From a candidate division FCPU426 bacterium (lineage in GTDB: Bacteria; Oederibacteriota; Muellerivitia; Muellerivitales; Muellerivitaceae): a stretch of DNA of 64,000 nt. The notes below the pieces were generated by a model, which worked only from the letters and a program-made list of their open reading frames with translations, was not told the DNA's origin and ran no database searches. The DNA is taken from contig CAVYSE010000011.1 of NCBI GenBank assembly GCA_963771075.1, forward strand, positions 224,001 through 288,000, written 5' to 3'. A program made the position numbers and the translations under genes. Below are positions 30,801 through 39,566 of this stretch, one piece after another (position 1 is the stretch's first letter; each line of letters starts with the position of its first letter).

Positions 30801-31896
30801 AACGGGCACCTGGACTGCGACCGATACGGCCTCTTGGACCCATACCCCGGTTTCCACTCCTTCCGCCACATCCTCTTCTACCAGCTCACCCACACCCATC
30901 TTCACGACAACCCAGACCCTTATTCCCGTGAATACCGTCTCGCCAACCGTGACCTCAACCCCGTCCAGTTCTTCCACCCATACCGCCACCGCGACCCAAA
31001 CTGAAACCTCAACGCCCAATGACACGGTCACCACCACACCGACGGTTACGCTGACGATTAGCTCCTCCCCCACGAATACATCCGTTTGGAGCCCTACTCC
31101 GAGCTTTACCCATACCGGGACCGCTACGCCGACCTGGAGTTTCACCTCGTCCTCGACCCCGACGCCTAGCGCGACCTGGACCACGACTTTATCCCCGGTC
31201 TTCACACCGACGTCCACGCCGACAGGTACGATGACGACTACGGTCACCTTGACCGCTACCCCCTCTTCTTCGCTGACCCCCACCCATCCCTACACAAGCA
31301 CCCAAACCCTGACGGCTACCTCCACTCCGACGCCTAGCGTGACTTGGACCAGGACTCCCACGGTCACCTCAACCCTTTCCTGGACGTCGACGAATTCCTT
31401 TACACCCACCTTTACCTCCACCCTCACCGCGACCTCGACGCCGACTTGGACCCTGACCTATACGCCAACCGTTACCTCGACCTGGACTTCAACCCAAACG
31501 ACCACCTGGACGAATACTCCGACCTTCACCCCCACGGTTACGGTCACCGCGACGGCCGTGCCTTGGACGCCAACCGCTACCTCAACCCCGACAGGCACTT
31601 CGACTCCCGGCCAAACGCCATCGGCGGTGATCTATCCCAACCCGGCTCCAGGGCCTGGGCCTATTACGCTGCAATTAACTCTGCCCAAGCCCGAATCCCA
31701 GGTGACGATCTCGGTCTATACAACCGCCTACCGGCGGGTGAACGAGATCATCCTAAACAATGTTCAGGCGGGGACCACGGAAGTGCCCTTACCTTTGACG
31801 AGTAAATACGGCACCGCCTTGGCGAACGGCCTTTATTACGTGGTGGTCAAGTACCCCCAGGGACAAATCATCCTCAAATTATTGGTCTTGCGGTGA
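27880..31896 (+). CDS. Secreted PL4 rhamnogalacturonan lyase + ~570 aa Thr-rich stalk + C-terminal sorting-like domain
   Basis: KY, E..GGP..ELTAH, GGHYG, WPY.W, YQFW, VWEIGTPDR, YDYVRLE; C-terminus IYPNP...ANGLYYVVV...KLLVLR. Confidence 0.88.
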   Translation: MFVLEKFFTHLIGVVVFLIALSVQANVPGGGTGTGGNVTVTTNGTNVTLANGIVSFTINTTNGNVTNFTYNGTNLLTGGNGGGYFYFDGSGGPTLANPTYTLTVNPANNGGNQAEVFLQTIASPMDMGVYYDLLRGQQGIYNTLVLTHEASYVDYPGAELRSNVYVGSAFDWIVIDPYRFRQMASPSDTYIATPGAPAEVFDFTSGIYSGTTGCKYSYSDPLGELNTWGWASTTSQNGIWQVVPSHEYYDGGPLHRELTAHLGNTLLNMFGGGHYGFGLTQDQPAGTFSSKTFGPAFIYANTYTGSASDPVSLKARTLWADSQAQAVAEQGAWPYTWFNPQPLPGSGGSAYPQASGRGTVSGTLTINDPYNSGASPVSLWVGMAPVDGGVDFQQQYLTYQFWVRTGAGGTFTIPNVVPGTYNLWAFGPGGVGTYEDANLTVNAGQSLNLGTLTWAPLRLGPTVWEIGTPDRDSNEFNNGDHDVAPYSSVLPPYAGGAPYNTPADWAAFLDYATQYPNGVSYVVGTSHYSTDWNYCQPTTLDAATTTYGGTTSKIYFNLATAPTAAQNARLYIAFASVFDAACILTINGTVQTASVMGSTDGTYATITNATTGFYPPNVSFDSIVRLGTQGSWGDAYLDFAGNKLKAGTNEIDIGMRATGGAGNGNGFEYDYVRLELTGYATSTPTPSGANTATYTTTPTKTGTPTATNTSTATRTWTTTYTTTRTPTATMTQTYTATWTNTPTASLTRTATGTPTRTLTSTATQTNTSTPAFTTTNSPTATWTSTSTASFTRSATSTWTSSSTPTATETSSFTASFTRSATPTLTGTDSPTVTATLTYSSTPSKTFTALNTTTSTSTPSVTPTPTMTSTATPSSTATSTRTFASTPTATETSSFTASFTRSATPTLTGTYSPTATATLTYSFTATKTSTPVNTPTITSTPVLTPSVTLTYSMTSTSTQTRTPTWTPTATATGTVTGTWTATDTASWTHTPVSTPSATSSSTSSPTPIFTTTQTLIPVNTVSPTVTSTPSSSSTHTATATQTETSTPNDTVTTTPTVTLTISSSPTNTSVWSPTPSFTHTGTATPTWSFTSSSTPTPSATWTTTLSPVFTPTSTPTGTMTTTVTLTATPSSSLTPTHPYTSTQTLTATSTPTPSVTWTRTPTVTSTLSWTSTNSFTPTFTSTLTATSTPTWTLTYTPTVTSTWTSTQTTTWTNTPTFTPTVTVTATAVPWTPTATSTPTGTSTPGQTPSAVIYPNPAPGPGPITLQLTLPKPESQVTISVYTTAYRRVNEIILNNVQAGTTEVPLPLTSKYGTALANGLYYVVVKYPQGQIILKLLVLR
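30549..31894 (+). repeat. Copy 1 of a ~1.35 kb near-identical repeat (stalk + CTD); copy 2 at 33541-34886
   Basis: Constant offset of 2992; only one mismatch noticed (near 30594); identity ends inside the stop codon (TGA vs TAA). Confidence 0.92.
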
Positions 31897-31900
31897 AGAA

Positions 31901-34888
31901 ATGAAGCGAATGAAGCTTTCATGGGCTCGGATCGGTAATTCCGCGATCCTTGGGGTAGTTCTTCTGGCTTCCGCGGGCCTTACGCCTTCATTCGGACAAA
32001 CTATCAACATCACTTCCGCCCCCTATAACGCCTCGACCGGAAGCGCCGACAATGCCGCCGCCATCCAAGCGGCTGTCAACGCGGTCGGAAGTGGAGGGAC
32101 TGTGCTGGTTCCGGCTGGAACCTTTTTGAGCGGTCCGGTAACGCTTAAAAGCAACATGACCTTCCAGCTTTCCGCGGGCGCCACACTGCAAATGACCGCG
32201 ATGGGGACATTCCCGACGACGGGGGATTTGCTATATGGGTCCAGTTTGACAAATATCACGATCAATGGAAGCGGCGTCATGGACGGGCAGGGGGCGGCCT
32301 GGTGGGCCGCTTTTAACGCCGATAGTTCCACCGCCAGGCCTGCCGCCATGATCTATTTGACCAATTGCACGGGCGTGACCCTCACCGGGATCACGGTGCA
32401 GAATTCACCCATGTTCCATATCCAACTCCTGGGAAACGGCAGCAATATTTACGCCTCGGGCTTGAGCATTACGGCGGCCTGGCCTTCACCCAATACCGAT
32501 GGGATCGATTTACGGGGTAAGAACGTATTGATCGAGAATTGTTATATCAGTGACGGGGATGATTTGATTCAACTGGGAGGGACCCAGGCGGTCCAAGGAG
32601 TCACGATCCAAAATTGCACCTTTGGAACAGGGCACGGCCTTTCCATCGGGGGTTATACCCAAGGCGGGGTCCAGGACCTTTTGGTGAACAATTGCACCTT
32701 CAACGGCACCCAATACGGCATACGATGGAAATCCGGCCGCGACAGGGGAGGAACGAATACAAACCTGACATACTCCAACATTACCATGACCGGAATCCTG
32801 GATTATCCCTTTTATCTTACCAGCTGGTACCCCGCCAATCTTCCTCCCGCGTCGGATACCGCCGCTCCCGTTTCCGCGACCACGCCCTATTGGGAAAATA
32901 TCACTTTGCGGAACATCACGGCCTCGACCGCTTCCGGGGCCAAGGGACCCGGTATTTTCTGGCCCGTGCCCGAAGCGCCGGTGACAAACCTGTTGTTCGA
33001 CGGGGTCACGGTGACCGGACCCAGTGGAATTACTTTCGACATCCATCATGGGCGGGCGGTCACCTTTACCTGCACCTGCCGGATTGACGGGGCCCAGCCT
33101 CCGACCAATGTGGGCTCTTACGACGCGGATATTGTTTATCCCGCCTGTGGGTCCAACCCAACGGCCACCATGACGGGTCCGATACCAACGTTAACCTTAA
33201 CCCGTACGGGTACGCCGACCGCGACCTCCACCAGCACTGCGACCCGAACGTGGACGACCACCTATACAACCACTAGAACCCCGACCGCGACTGCGACCTT
33301 CACCCTGACCCATACCTCCACGGCCACCTGGACTAACACGCCAACCACTTCCTTGACGCGCACGGCGACTGCTACCCCGACCCGAACCCTGACCTCCACC
33401 TCGACCCAGACCTATACCTCAACACCCGCTTTTACCACTACCAATAGTCCGACAGCCACATGGACCAGCATTTCGACGTCTACCTTCACCCGTACGGCGA
33501 CTTCTACATGGACCTCATCGACCACCCCCACGGCGACCCAGACCAGTTCATTCACTGCTTCTTTCACCCGTTCCGCCACACCCACCCTGACGGGGACTTA
33601 CTCCCCGACCGCCACCGCGACCTTGACCTATTCCTTCACGGCGACCAAGACTTCCACCCCCGTGAACACACCGACGATCACATCCACCCCGGTCTTGACC
33701 CCCAGCGTCACGCTCACCTATTCGATGACGTCGACATCAACCCAAACCCGCACACCGACTTGGACCCCCACGGCCACCGCTACAGGCACGGTAACGGGCA
33801 CCTGGACTGCGACCGATACGGCCTCTTGGACCCATACCCCGGTTTCCACTCCTTCCGCCACATCCTCTTCTACCAGCTCACCCACACCCATCTTCACGAC
33901 AACCCAGACCCTTATTCCCGTGAATACCGTCTCGCCAACCGTGACCTCAACCCCGTCCAGTTCTTCCACCCATACCGCCACCGCGACCCAAACTGAAACC
34001 TCAACGCCCAATGACACGGTCACCACCACACCGACGGTTACGCTGACGATTAGCTCCTCCCCCACGAATACATCCGTTTGGAGCCCTACTCCGAGCTTTA
34101 CCCATACCGGGACCGCTACGCCGACCTGGAGTTTCACCTCGTCCTCGACCCCGACGCCTAGCGCGACCTGGACCACGACTTTATCCCCGGTCTTCACACC
34201 GACGTCCACGCCGACAGGTACGATGACGACTACGGTCACCTTGACCGCTACCCCCTCTTCTTCGCTGACCCCCACCCATCCCTACACAAGCACCCAAACC
34301 CTGACGGCTACCTCCACTCCGACGCCTAGCGTGACTTGGACCAGGACTCCCACGGTCACCTCAACCCTTTCCTGGACGTCGACGAATTCCTTTACACCCA
34401 CCTTTACCTCCACCCTCACCGCGACCTCGACGCCGACTTGGACCCTGACCTATACGCCAACCGTTACCTCGACCTGGACTTCAACCCAAACGACCACCTG
34501 GACGAATACTCCGACCTTCACCCCCACGGTTACGGTCACCGCGACGGCCGTGCCTTGGACGCCAACCGCTACCTCAACCCCGACAGGCACTTCGACTCCC
34601 GGCCAAACGCCATCGGCGGTGATCTATCCCAACCCGGCTCCAGGGCCTGGGCCTATTACGCTGCAATTAACTCTGCCCAAGCCCGAATCCCAGGTGACGA
34701 TCTCGGTCTATACAACCGCCTACCGGCGGGTGAACGAGATCATCCTAAACAATGTTCAGGCGGGGACCACGGAAGTGCCCTTACCTTTGACGAGTAAATA
34801 CGGCACCGCCTTGGCGAACGGCCTTTATTACGTGGTGGTCAAGTACCCCCAGGGACAAATCATCCTCAAATTATTGGTCTTGCGGTAA
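31901..34888 (+). CDS. Secreted GH28 polygalacturonase-like enzyme + ~490 aa stalk + C-terminal domain
   Basis: PNTDG, GDD, GHGLSIG and RWKS (variant of RIK) GH28 motifs. Confidence 0.9.
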   Translation: MKRMKLSWARIGNSAILGVVLLASAGLTPSFGQTINITSAPYNASTGSADNAAAIQAAVNAVGSGGTVLVPAGTFLSGPVTLKSNMTFQLSAGATLQMTAMGTFPTTGDLLYGSSLTNITINGSGVMDGQGAAWWAAFNADSSTARPAAMIYLTNCTGVTLTGITVQNSPMFHIQLLGNGSNIYASGLSITAAWPSPNTDGIDLRGKNVLIENCYISDGDDLIQLGGTQAVQGVTIQNCTFGTGHGLSIGGYTQGGVQDLLVNNCTFNGTQYGIRWKSGRDRGGTNTNLTYSNITMTGILDYPFYLTSWYPANLPPASDTAAPVSATTPYWENITLRNITASTASGAKGPGIFWPVPEAPVTNLLFDGVTVTGPSGITFDIHHGRAVTFTCTCRIDGAQPPTNVGSYDADIVYPACGSNPTATMTGPIPTLTLTRTGTPTATSTSTATRTWTTTYTTTRTPTATATFTLTHTSTATWTNTPTTSLTRTATATPTRTLTSTSTQTYTSTPAFTTTNSPTATWTSISTSTFTRTATSTWTSSTTPTATQTSSFTASFTRSATPTLTGTYSPTATATLTYSFTATKTSTPVNTPTITSTPVLTPSVTLTYSMTSTSTQTRTPTWTPTATATGTVTGTWTATDTASWTHTPVSTPSATSSSTSSPTPIFTTTQTLIPVNTVSPTVTSTPSSSSTHTATATQTETSTPNDTVTTTPTVTLTISSSPTNTSVWSPTPSFTHTGTATPTWSFTSSSTPTPSATWTTTLSPVFTPTSTPTGTMTTTVTLTATPSSSLTPTHPYTSTQTLTATSTPTPSVTWTRTPTVTSTLSWTSTNSFTPTFTSTLTATSTPTWTLTYTPTVTSTWTSTQTTTWTNTPTFTPTVTVTATAVPWTPTATSTPTGTSTPGQTPSAVIYPNPAPGPGPITLQLTLPKPESQVTISVYTTAYRRVNEIILNNVQAGTTEVPLPLTSKYGTALANGLYYVVVKYPQGQIILKLLVLR
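33541..34886 (+). repeat. Copy 2 of the ~1.35 kb near-identical repeat
   Basis: See 30549-31894. Confidence 0.92.
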
Positions 34889-35361
34889 AAGCGGCATTTG
34901 ACTTTGGAAAATGGAAGGAAAGATGAAATTTTTTTTGGGGATCTTATTTGTGTCGGGGTTTTGGGTTTGAGTTGGTTGTGTGCGTTCCATCAAAGTTACT
35001 CTTACCTACCTATCCGAATCTTAAACCAACAGAGACTTCCACGCCTTCGAGCACAATGACTTCCGCTCCAACCGAAAGCTTTTCAACCCTGGCCACCATT
35101 AGCTTTTCGCCAACTCCCTCTCTTTCTACGACCCTTTAATCATAAAAAGGGTCTGTGTGAGGGCATTTTGGGATGTTTTTTTATTTCCTTAAAATTGCAT
35201 TGAAATTAGATAAGGTAAACCGTGAAACAAACTAGTGTTTTTACCCCTGAAAATGGAATAATTCGGTAAACTTTGGTACCGGTACAAATCGTTATAAGCT
35301 TTCAATGTAACCGGTTTAAAACGATTTTAATTTGAGTAAAAAAGGTTTTACGGCTGTGAAC

Positions 35362-38300
35362 ATGAGATTGAAGTCTCAAATAATTCAAAAAGTCCTGACC
35401 TTAGGTTTAGTCCTAGTGAGTGGACCAGTTTTGGGCCAAACCACCATAACCATAAATGCCGCTACCACCCTGGTCACGATTCCCAACACCATTTATGGCA
35501 ACAACGCCCAATTCTACAACGCGCACAATAATGGGGCGGATACCACTTATAACACCGCCATGCAGGTATCCGGCTGTCGTAGTATCCGTTGGCCGGGAGG
35601 TTCCGAAGCCGACCAATCCGATTGGAACAATCTCGTTTGCTGGGACGCGGGGGCGGCTACAACCCCCCAGTTCATTACTTTTCTCCAAACCTTCGGCGGA
35701 ACAATGCAGCCCATCGTGAATGGCAGCGGCATATGGTGCAGTGGAGGCTCCGGGGCCGGCGCGCCCACGACCTTTACCCACGCCGCGGCCGTGAGTCTGG
35801 CGGAGGCTTGGGTTACCTGGAACATGACCAACACGGGTTCGGCCAGGGCTAAGTATTGGGAAGTGGCGAACGAAATCTATGGAAATTGGGAAGTCGGCGG
35901 CCAAGGATCAACCGGAAGCAACCTGACCGGCACCCTATACGGGACTGACTTCGCGGATTATTACAAAGGGATGAAGGCCATCGATTCCACCATCCAGGTC
36001 GGGGCGGTGGCCTCACCCGGATCGGGGGATTACAGCAACTGGACACCCAACATGCTCGCCGCCGCCAAGGCGGCCGGGGTTGTGCCCGACTTTCTCATTA
36101 TCCACAATTATCCCGTCGCGTCCGGCGGGGCGGGCCAGGCCACGGACTCCCTAATCCTGAGTTATCCGTCGACCGTCGCGACCCAAACGGCCAGCCTGAA
36201 CAGCATCGTTTCATCCTCCCTTGGAAGTTCTTACGTCGGGCAAGTCAAATACTTCATGACCGAGTTTAATTCCACTCTGGGTCCCCTCGCCCAAAGCGAC
36301 GAGTACGTGAACGCCATGTTCGTGGCCGAATGGGTCATGGAGTGCGCGAAAAACGGATGGATCGGCGCCAACCTGTGGGCCACTGAGAACGGGGGGACCC
36401 CCGACTATGGTTTCCTCAACACGACAACGGATGTCCCTTTCCCGGATTATTACTCTTACGCAATGTTGACGAGCAAATTTGGGGTTACCATGGTTTCCTG
36501 CTCCAGCAGCGCCGCGACGGTGAGTTCCTACGCGGCCATGAATACCTCGGGGAATCTGACCCTATTCATGGTCAATAACAATCCTAGTGCCACCGAGACG
36601 GCGACCATTAATATTTCCGGATTTACACCGGGCGCTTCGGGCACGGCCTGGGTCATGCTGCCTTCCGGCGCTACCGGAGGTGTTAGTCAGGAAGCAACGG
36701 GAATTCTCGTTAATGGGACCGCCAACCCGGCGCCCAGCGCCATCACTGGCATCGCGGGAACGACCCAGACCACCAGCACCTCTTTCACGGTGACTCTGCA
36801 ACCCAATGAGATGTACCTGATCGTTATACCCGGCACCTCCAGCTCCAACCCAACCCCCACCCCGACCAAGACCAACACATTGACCTCGACCCCTACCCGG
36901 ACTTCTACCGCGACCTCGACCGCAACCCCGACCCCCACCCGGACTTTCACGTCCTCCCCCACCACTAGTGTCACCTCTAGCCCCACGGTAACAACCACCA
37001 AAACCTCTACTTCAGCCTCGACAGCTACAGCCAGCTGGACCCCGACCCGGACTCCCACGCCGACTCTGACCCCGACCTTGACCCTGACGCGGACCAACAC
37101 CGCCTCGAATACCCCCACGAATTCCACCACCGCCACACCCACCTTGACCAATACCCGGACGCCTACCGCGACTTCAACCAATAGGGTGATGAATACCTCC
37201 ACGGCCACATGGACGATCACTGGGACCGCTACCTCAACATCCACCTTTACCCCAACTCCGACGCGGACCTTCACGAATACGGCGACCGCCACCGCCACTA
37301 ATACCCCCCCGAATACAACCACCCTGACCCCGACGATTACTTTGACAAGCACCTCGACCGCGACGCGCACCTCGACTGTGACCTCCACTTCCACGGTTAC
37401 CTCAACCGCTACGAACACATCGGTGAATACCACCACGCTCACACCCACCCGTACGGTGACATCGACCTATACTTCGAGCTCTTCTCCCACCGCCACCCGC
37501 ACTTCAACCGCGTCCTCGACCGCCACGACCACGGGCACTTCTACCGTGACGCCCTTGTTTACGGCCTCTAGTAGCACCACGCCGTCCGTCACCCTCTCTT
37601 GGACGGCAACAAACACCCCCACCGCCTCCGGGACATTGACCCGAACCTTCACAACCACCTCTACCCCGACTCTTACCTCGACCCATACCAATACGATCAC
37701 ATCCAGCCCGACCGCCACGGGAACACCGACCCAGACTCCGACCGCGACGGCCACTTTGCAGTTGAGCGCGACGAATACGCTTTCGCCAACGGTTACGTTG
37801 ACCTCTACGGAGACCAACACCTTTAGCTCAACGAGGACCTGGACGACGACGATCACCCCGACCTCGACCTTTACCGCGACTTCATCGGCGTCTACGACCC
37901 CGACTACGACGGCAAGCTCCACGAGGACTTCAACCGCGACTTCCACCTCGACGGCCTCGGGCACTCCCACCCTTACGGAAACAGCCACATCCACCTTCCC
38001 GCTGAGCCCGACCATTACCTTGACCCCGACCCTCACCCTTTCATCGACCGCGACGCAGACCCACCCCCCCACGGATACCTCGACTCAAACCTTGACGGCT
38101 ACTTTGACCTCCACCCTGACCCCAACCCGTACCCCGACGTCGACCTATACGACAACCGATACGGCCACGGGAACACCCACCCCAACCGGAACGCTGACGG
38201 CCACGATTCCCTTTAGTCCGACCGTGACGGCATCCCCCACGGTCACTTCGAGCTCAACCATGACATCCACGACGACAGCGACCCTTACGTCGACATGGAC

Positions 38301-39363
38301 GCCGACTTGGACGGTGACCAACAGTTCCACCGCCACAAGTTCGGTGACGAATACCCCGACGCTTTCCTATACCCCGGTTTTTACGAATACCCATACCTTT
38401 ACGGCGGTTCCGCCGACCAGCACACTGAGCATTACCCCCACGGCGACTCCAACCCAGACCGCGAGTTCGACCCCAACCGCCAGTTCCACGCCCACTTCGG
38501 CGACCCTGAACATGACTTCGTCCACATCCACTTTGAGTACTCTTTCGGGAACCGCCGGTGTCACGGCAGTATCCGCGAACCTCAGCGATCCAAGCGCATT
38601 AGGGGTCAACCTCACGAATATCACGGTCAGCGACCTGGGAGGCAACGCGGGGAATGTCACATCCGTCAGTGTTTATTTGAATGGAATACTGCAGGCTTCT
38701 GTTCCGGGATTCACCGGCAATACGGCCACGCTGAGCCTGAACAACGACTTGATCACGTCTACCTCCAACAGCCTGCAGGTCCTGGTGGACTTCTCGGGTA
38801 CGGCGGTTGGGACCTATGAGTTCTCGATCAGCGGCCTGACGGGAACCAGTACGAATAACGGGGGACAGCCGGTGTCGATCACGGGATTGCCGGTTTCAGG
38901 CAATACGGTGAACTGCCAGCAAGCCACGTCCACGCCCACCCAAACCTCCATACCGACCCACACCTATACCTATACCGCCACACCGACGCTGACCCCCTCG
39001 GTGACATGGACCGCGACCTCCACCTGGACGATTTCGGCCACGACGACCGGAACGATCACCCCGACCTTTACGCAAACGCCGGTACCCCAAAAGATACCGA
39101 TCCTTTATCCCAATCCTGTGACCGGACCGACGGTGAATGTGCTTCCGCCCAGTTACACGGGAATCTCGACGGTGAGGGTGGAGATCTTCACGGTGAATTA
39201 TCGAAAGGTAGTGGATGAGACCTTCTATTCGGTGCCCTCGGGAACGAGCGTTAACGTCAACCTGACGGGCCGGGGAGGGAATCCCTTAGCCAACGGAATT
39301 TACTACGTAGTGGTCACGGTCAATGGCCAACGCTCCATCGGGAAACTACTGGTTCTGCGGTAA
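35362..39363 (+). CDS. Secreted clan GH-A hydrolase (GH51-like alpha-L-arabinofuranosidase) + ~555 aa stalk + Ig-like insert + CTD
   Basis: RWPGGS..D, YWEVANEIYGNWE (acid/base), MTEFN (nucleophile); ends GKLLVLR. Confidence 0.8.
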   Translation: MRLKSQIIQKVLTLGLVLVSGPVLGQTTITINAATTLVTIPNTIYGNNAQFYNAHNNGADTTYNTAMQVSGCRSIRWPGGSEADQSDWNNLVCWDAGAATTPQFITFLQTFGGTMQPIVNGSGIWCSGGSGAGAPTTFTHAAAVSLAEAWVTWNMTNTGSARAKYWEVANEIYGNWEVGGQGSTGSNLTGTLYGTDFADYYKGMKAIDSTIQVGAVASPGSGDYSNWTPNMLAAAKAAGVVPDFLIIHNYPVASGGAGQATDSLILSYPSTVATQTASLNSIVSSSLGSSYVGQVKYFMTEFNSTLGPLAQSDEYVNAMFVAEWVMECAKNGWIGANLWATENGGTPDYGFLNTTTDVPFPDYYSYAMLTSKFGVTMVSCSSSAATVSSYAAMNTSGNLTLFMVNNNPSATETATINISGFTPGASGTAWVMLPSGATGGVSQEATGILVNGTANPAPSAITGIAGTTQTTSTSFTVTLQPNEMYLIVIPGTSSSNPTPTPTKTNTLTSTPTRTSTATSTATPTPTRTFTSSPTTSVTSSPTVTTTKTSTSASTATASWTPTRTPTPTLTPTLTLTRTNTASNTPTNSTTATPTLTNTRTPTATSTNRVMNTSTATWTITGTATSTSTFTPTPTRTFTNTATATATNTPPNTTTLTPTITLTSTSTATRTSTVTSTSTVTSTATNTSVNTTTLTPTRTVTSTYTSSSSPTATRTSTASSTATTTGTSTVTPLFTASSSTTPSVTLSWTATNTPTASGTLTRTFTTTSTPTLTSTHTNTITSSPTATGTPTQTPTATATLQLSATNTLSPTVTLTSTETNTFSSTRTWTTTITPTSTFTATSSASTTPTTTASSTRTSTATSTSTASGTPTLTETATSTFPLSPTITLTPTLTLSSTATQTHPPTDTSTQTLTATLTSTLTPTRTPTSTYTTTDTATGTPTPTGTLTATIPFSPTVTASPTVTSSSTMTSTTTATLTSTWTPTWTVTNSSTATSSVTNTPTLSYTPVFTNTHTFTAVPPTSTLSITPTATPTQTASSTPTASSTPTSATLNMTSSTSTLSTLSGTAGVTAVSANLSDPSALGVNLTNITVSDLGGNAGNVTSVSVYLNGILQASVPGFTGNTATLSLNNDLITSTSNSLQVLVDFSGTAVGTYEFSISGLTGTSTNNGGQPVSITGLPVSGNTVNCQQATSTPTQTSIPTHTYTYTATPTLTPSVTWTATSTWTISATTTGTITPTFTQTPVPQKIPILYPNPVTGPTVNVLPPSYTGISTVRVEIFTVNYRKVVDETFYSVPSGTSVNVNLTGRGGNPLANGIYYVVVTVNGQRSIGKLLVLR

Positions 39364-39566
39364 CGATCCAGGGTTGAACCGGTTCGAATCAAAGACAATC
39401 TCCCGTTTGTCACGAGAAACCCCGCTATAAAAGCTCTTTTATAAATTTGTGCCCACCAACAAAAAAATTATTTCATGATCATCGAACGTATTCTTGGATA
39501 GGCTCTTATTGGTGATACAATTTCGTATCAAGCTATTGTTCTTAGATCGGGGAAGGTGAATATTCC

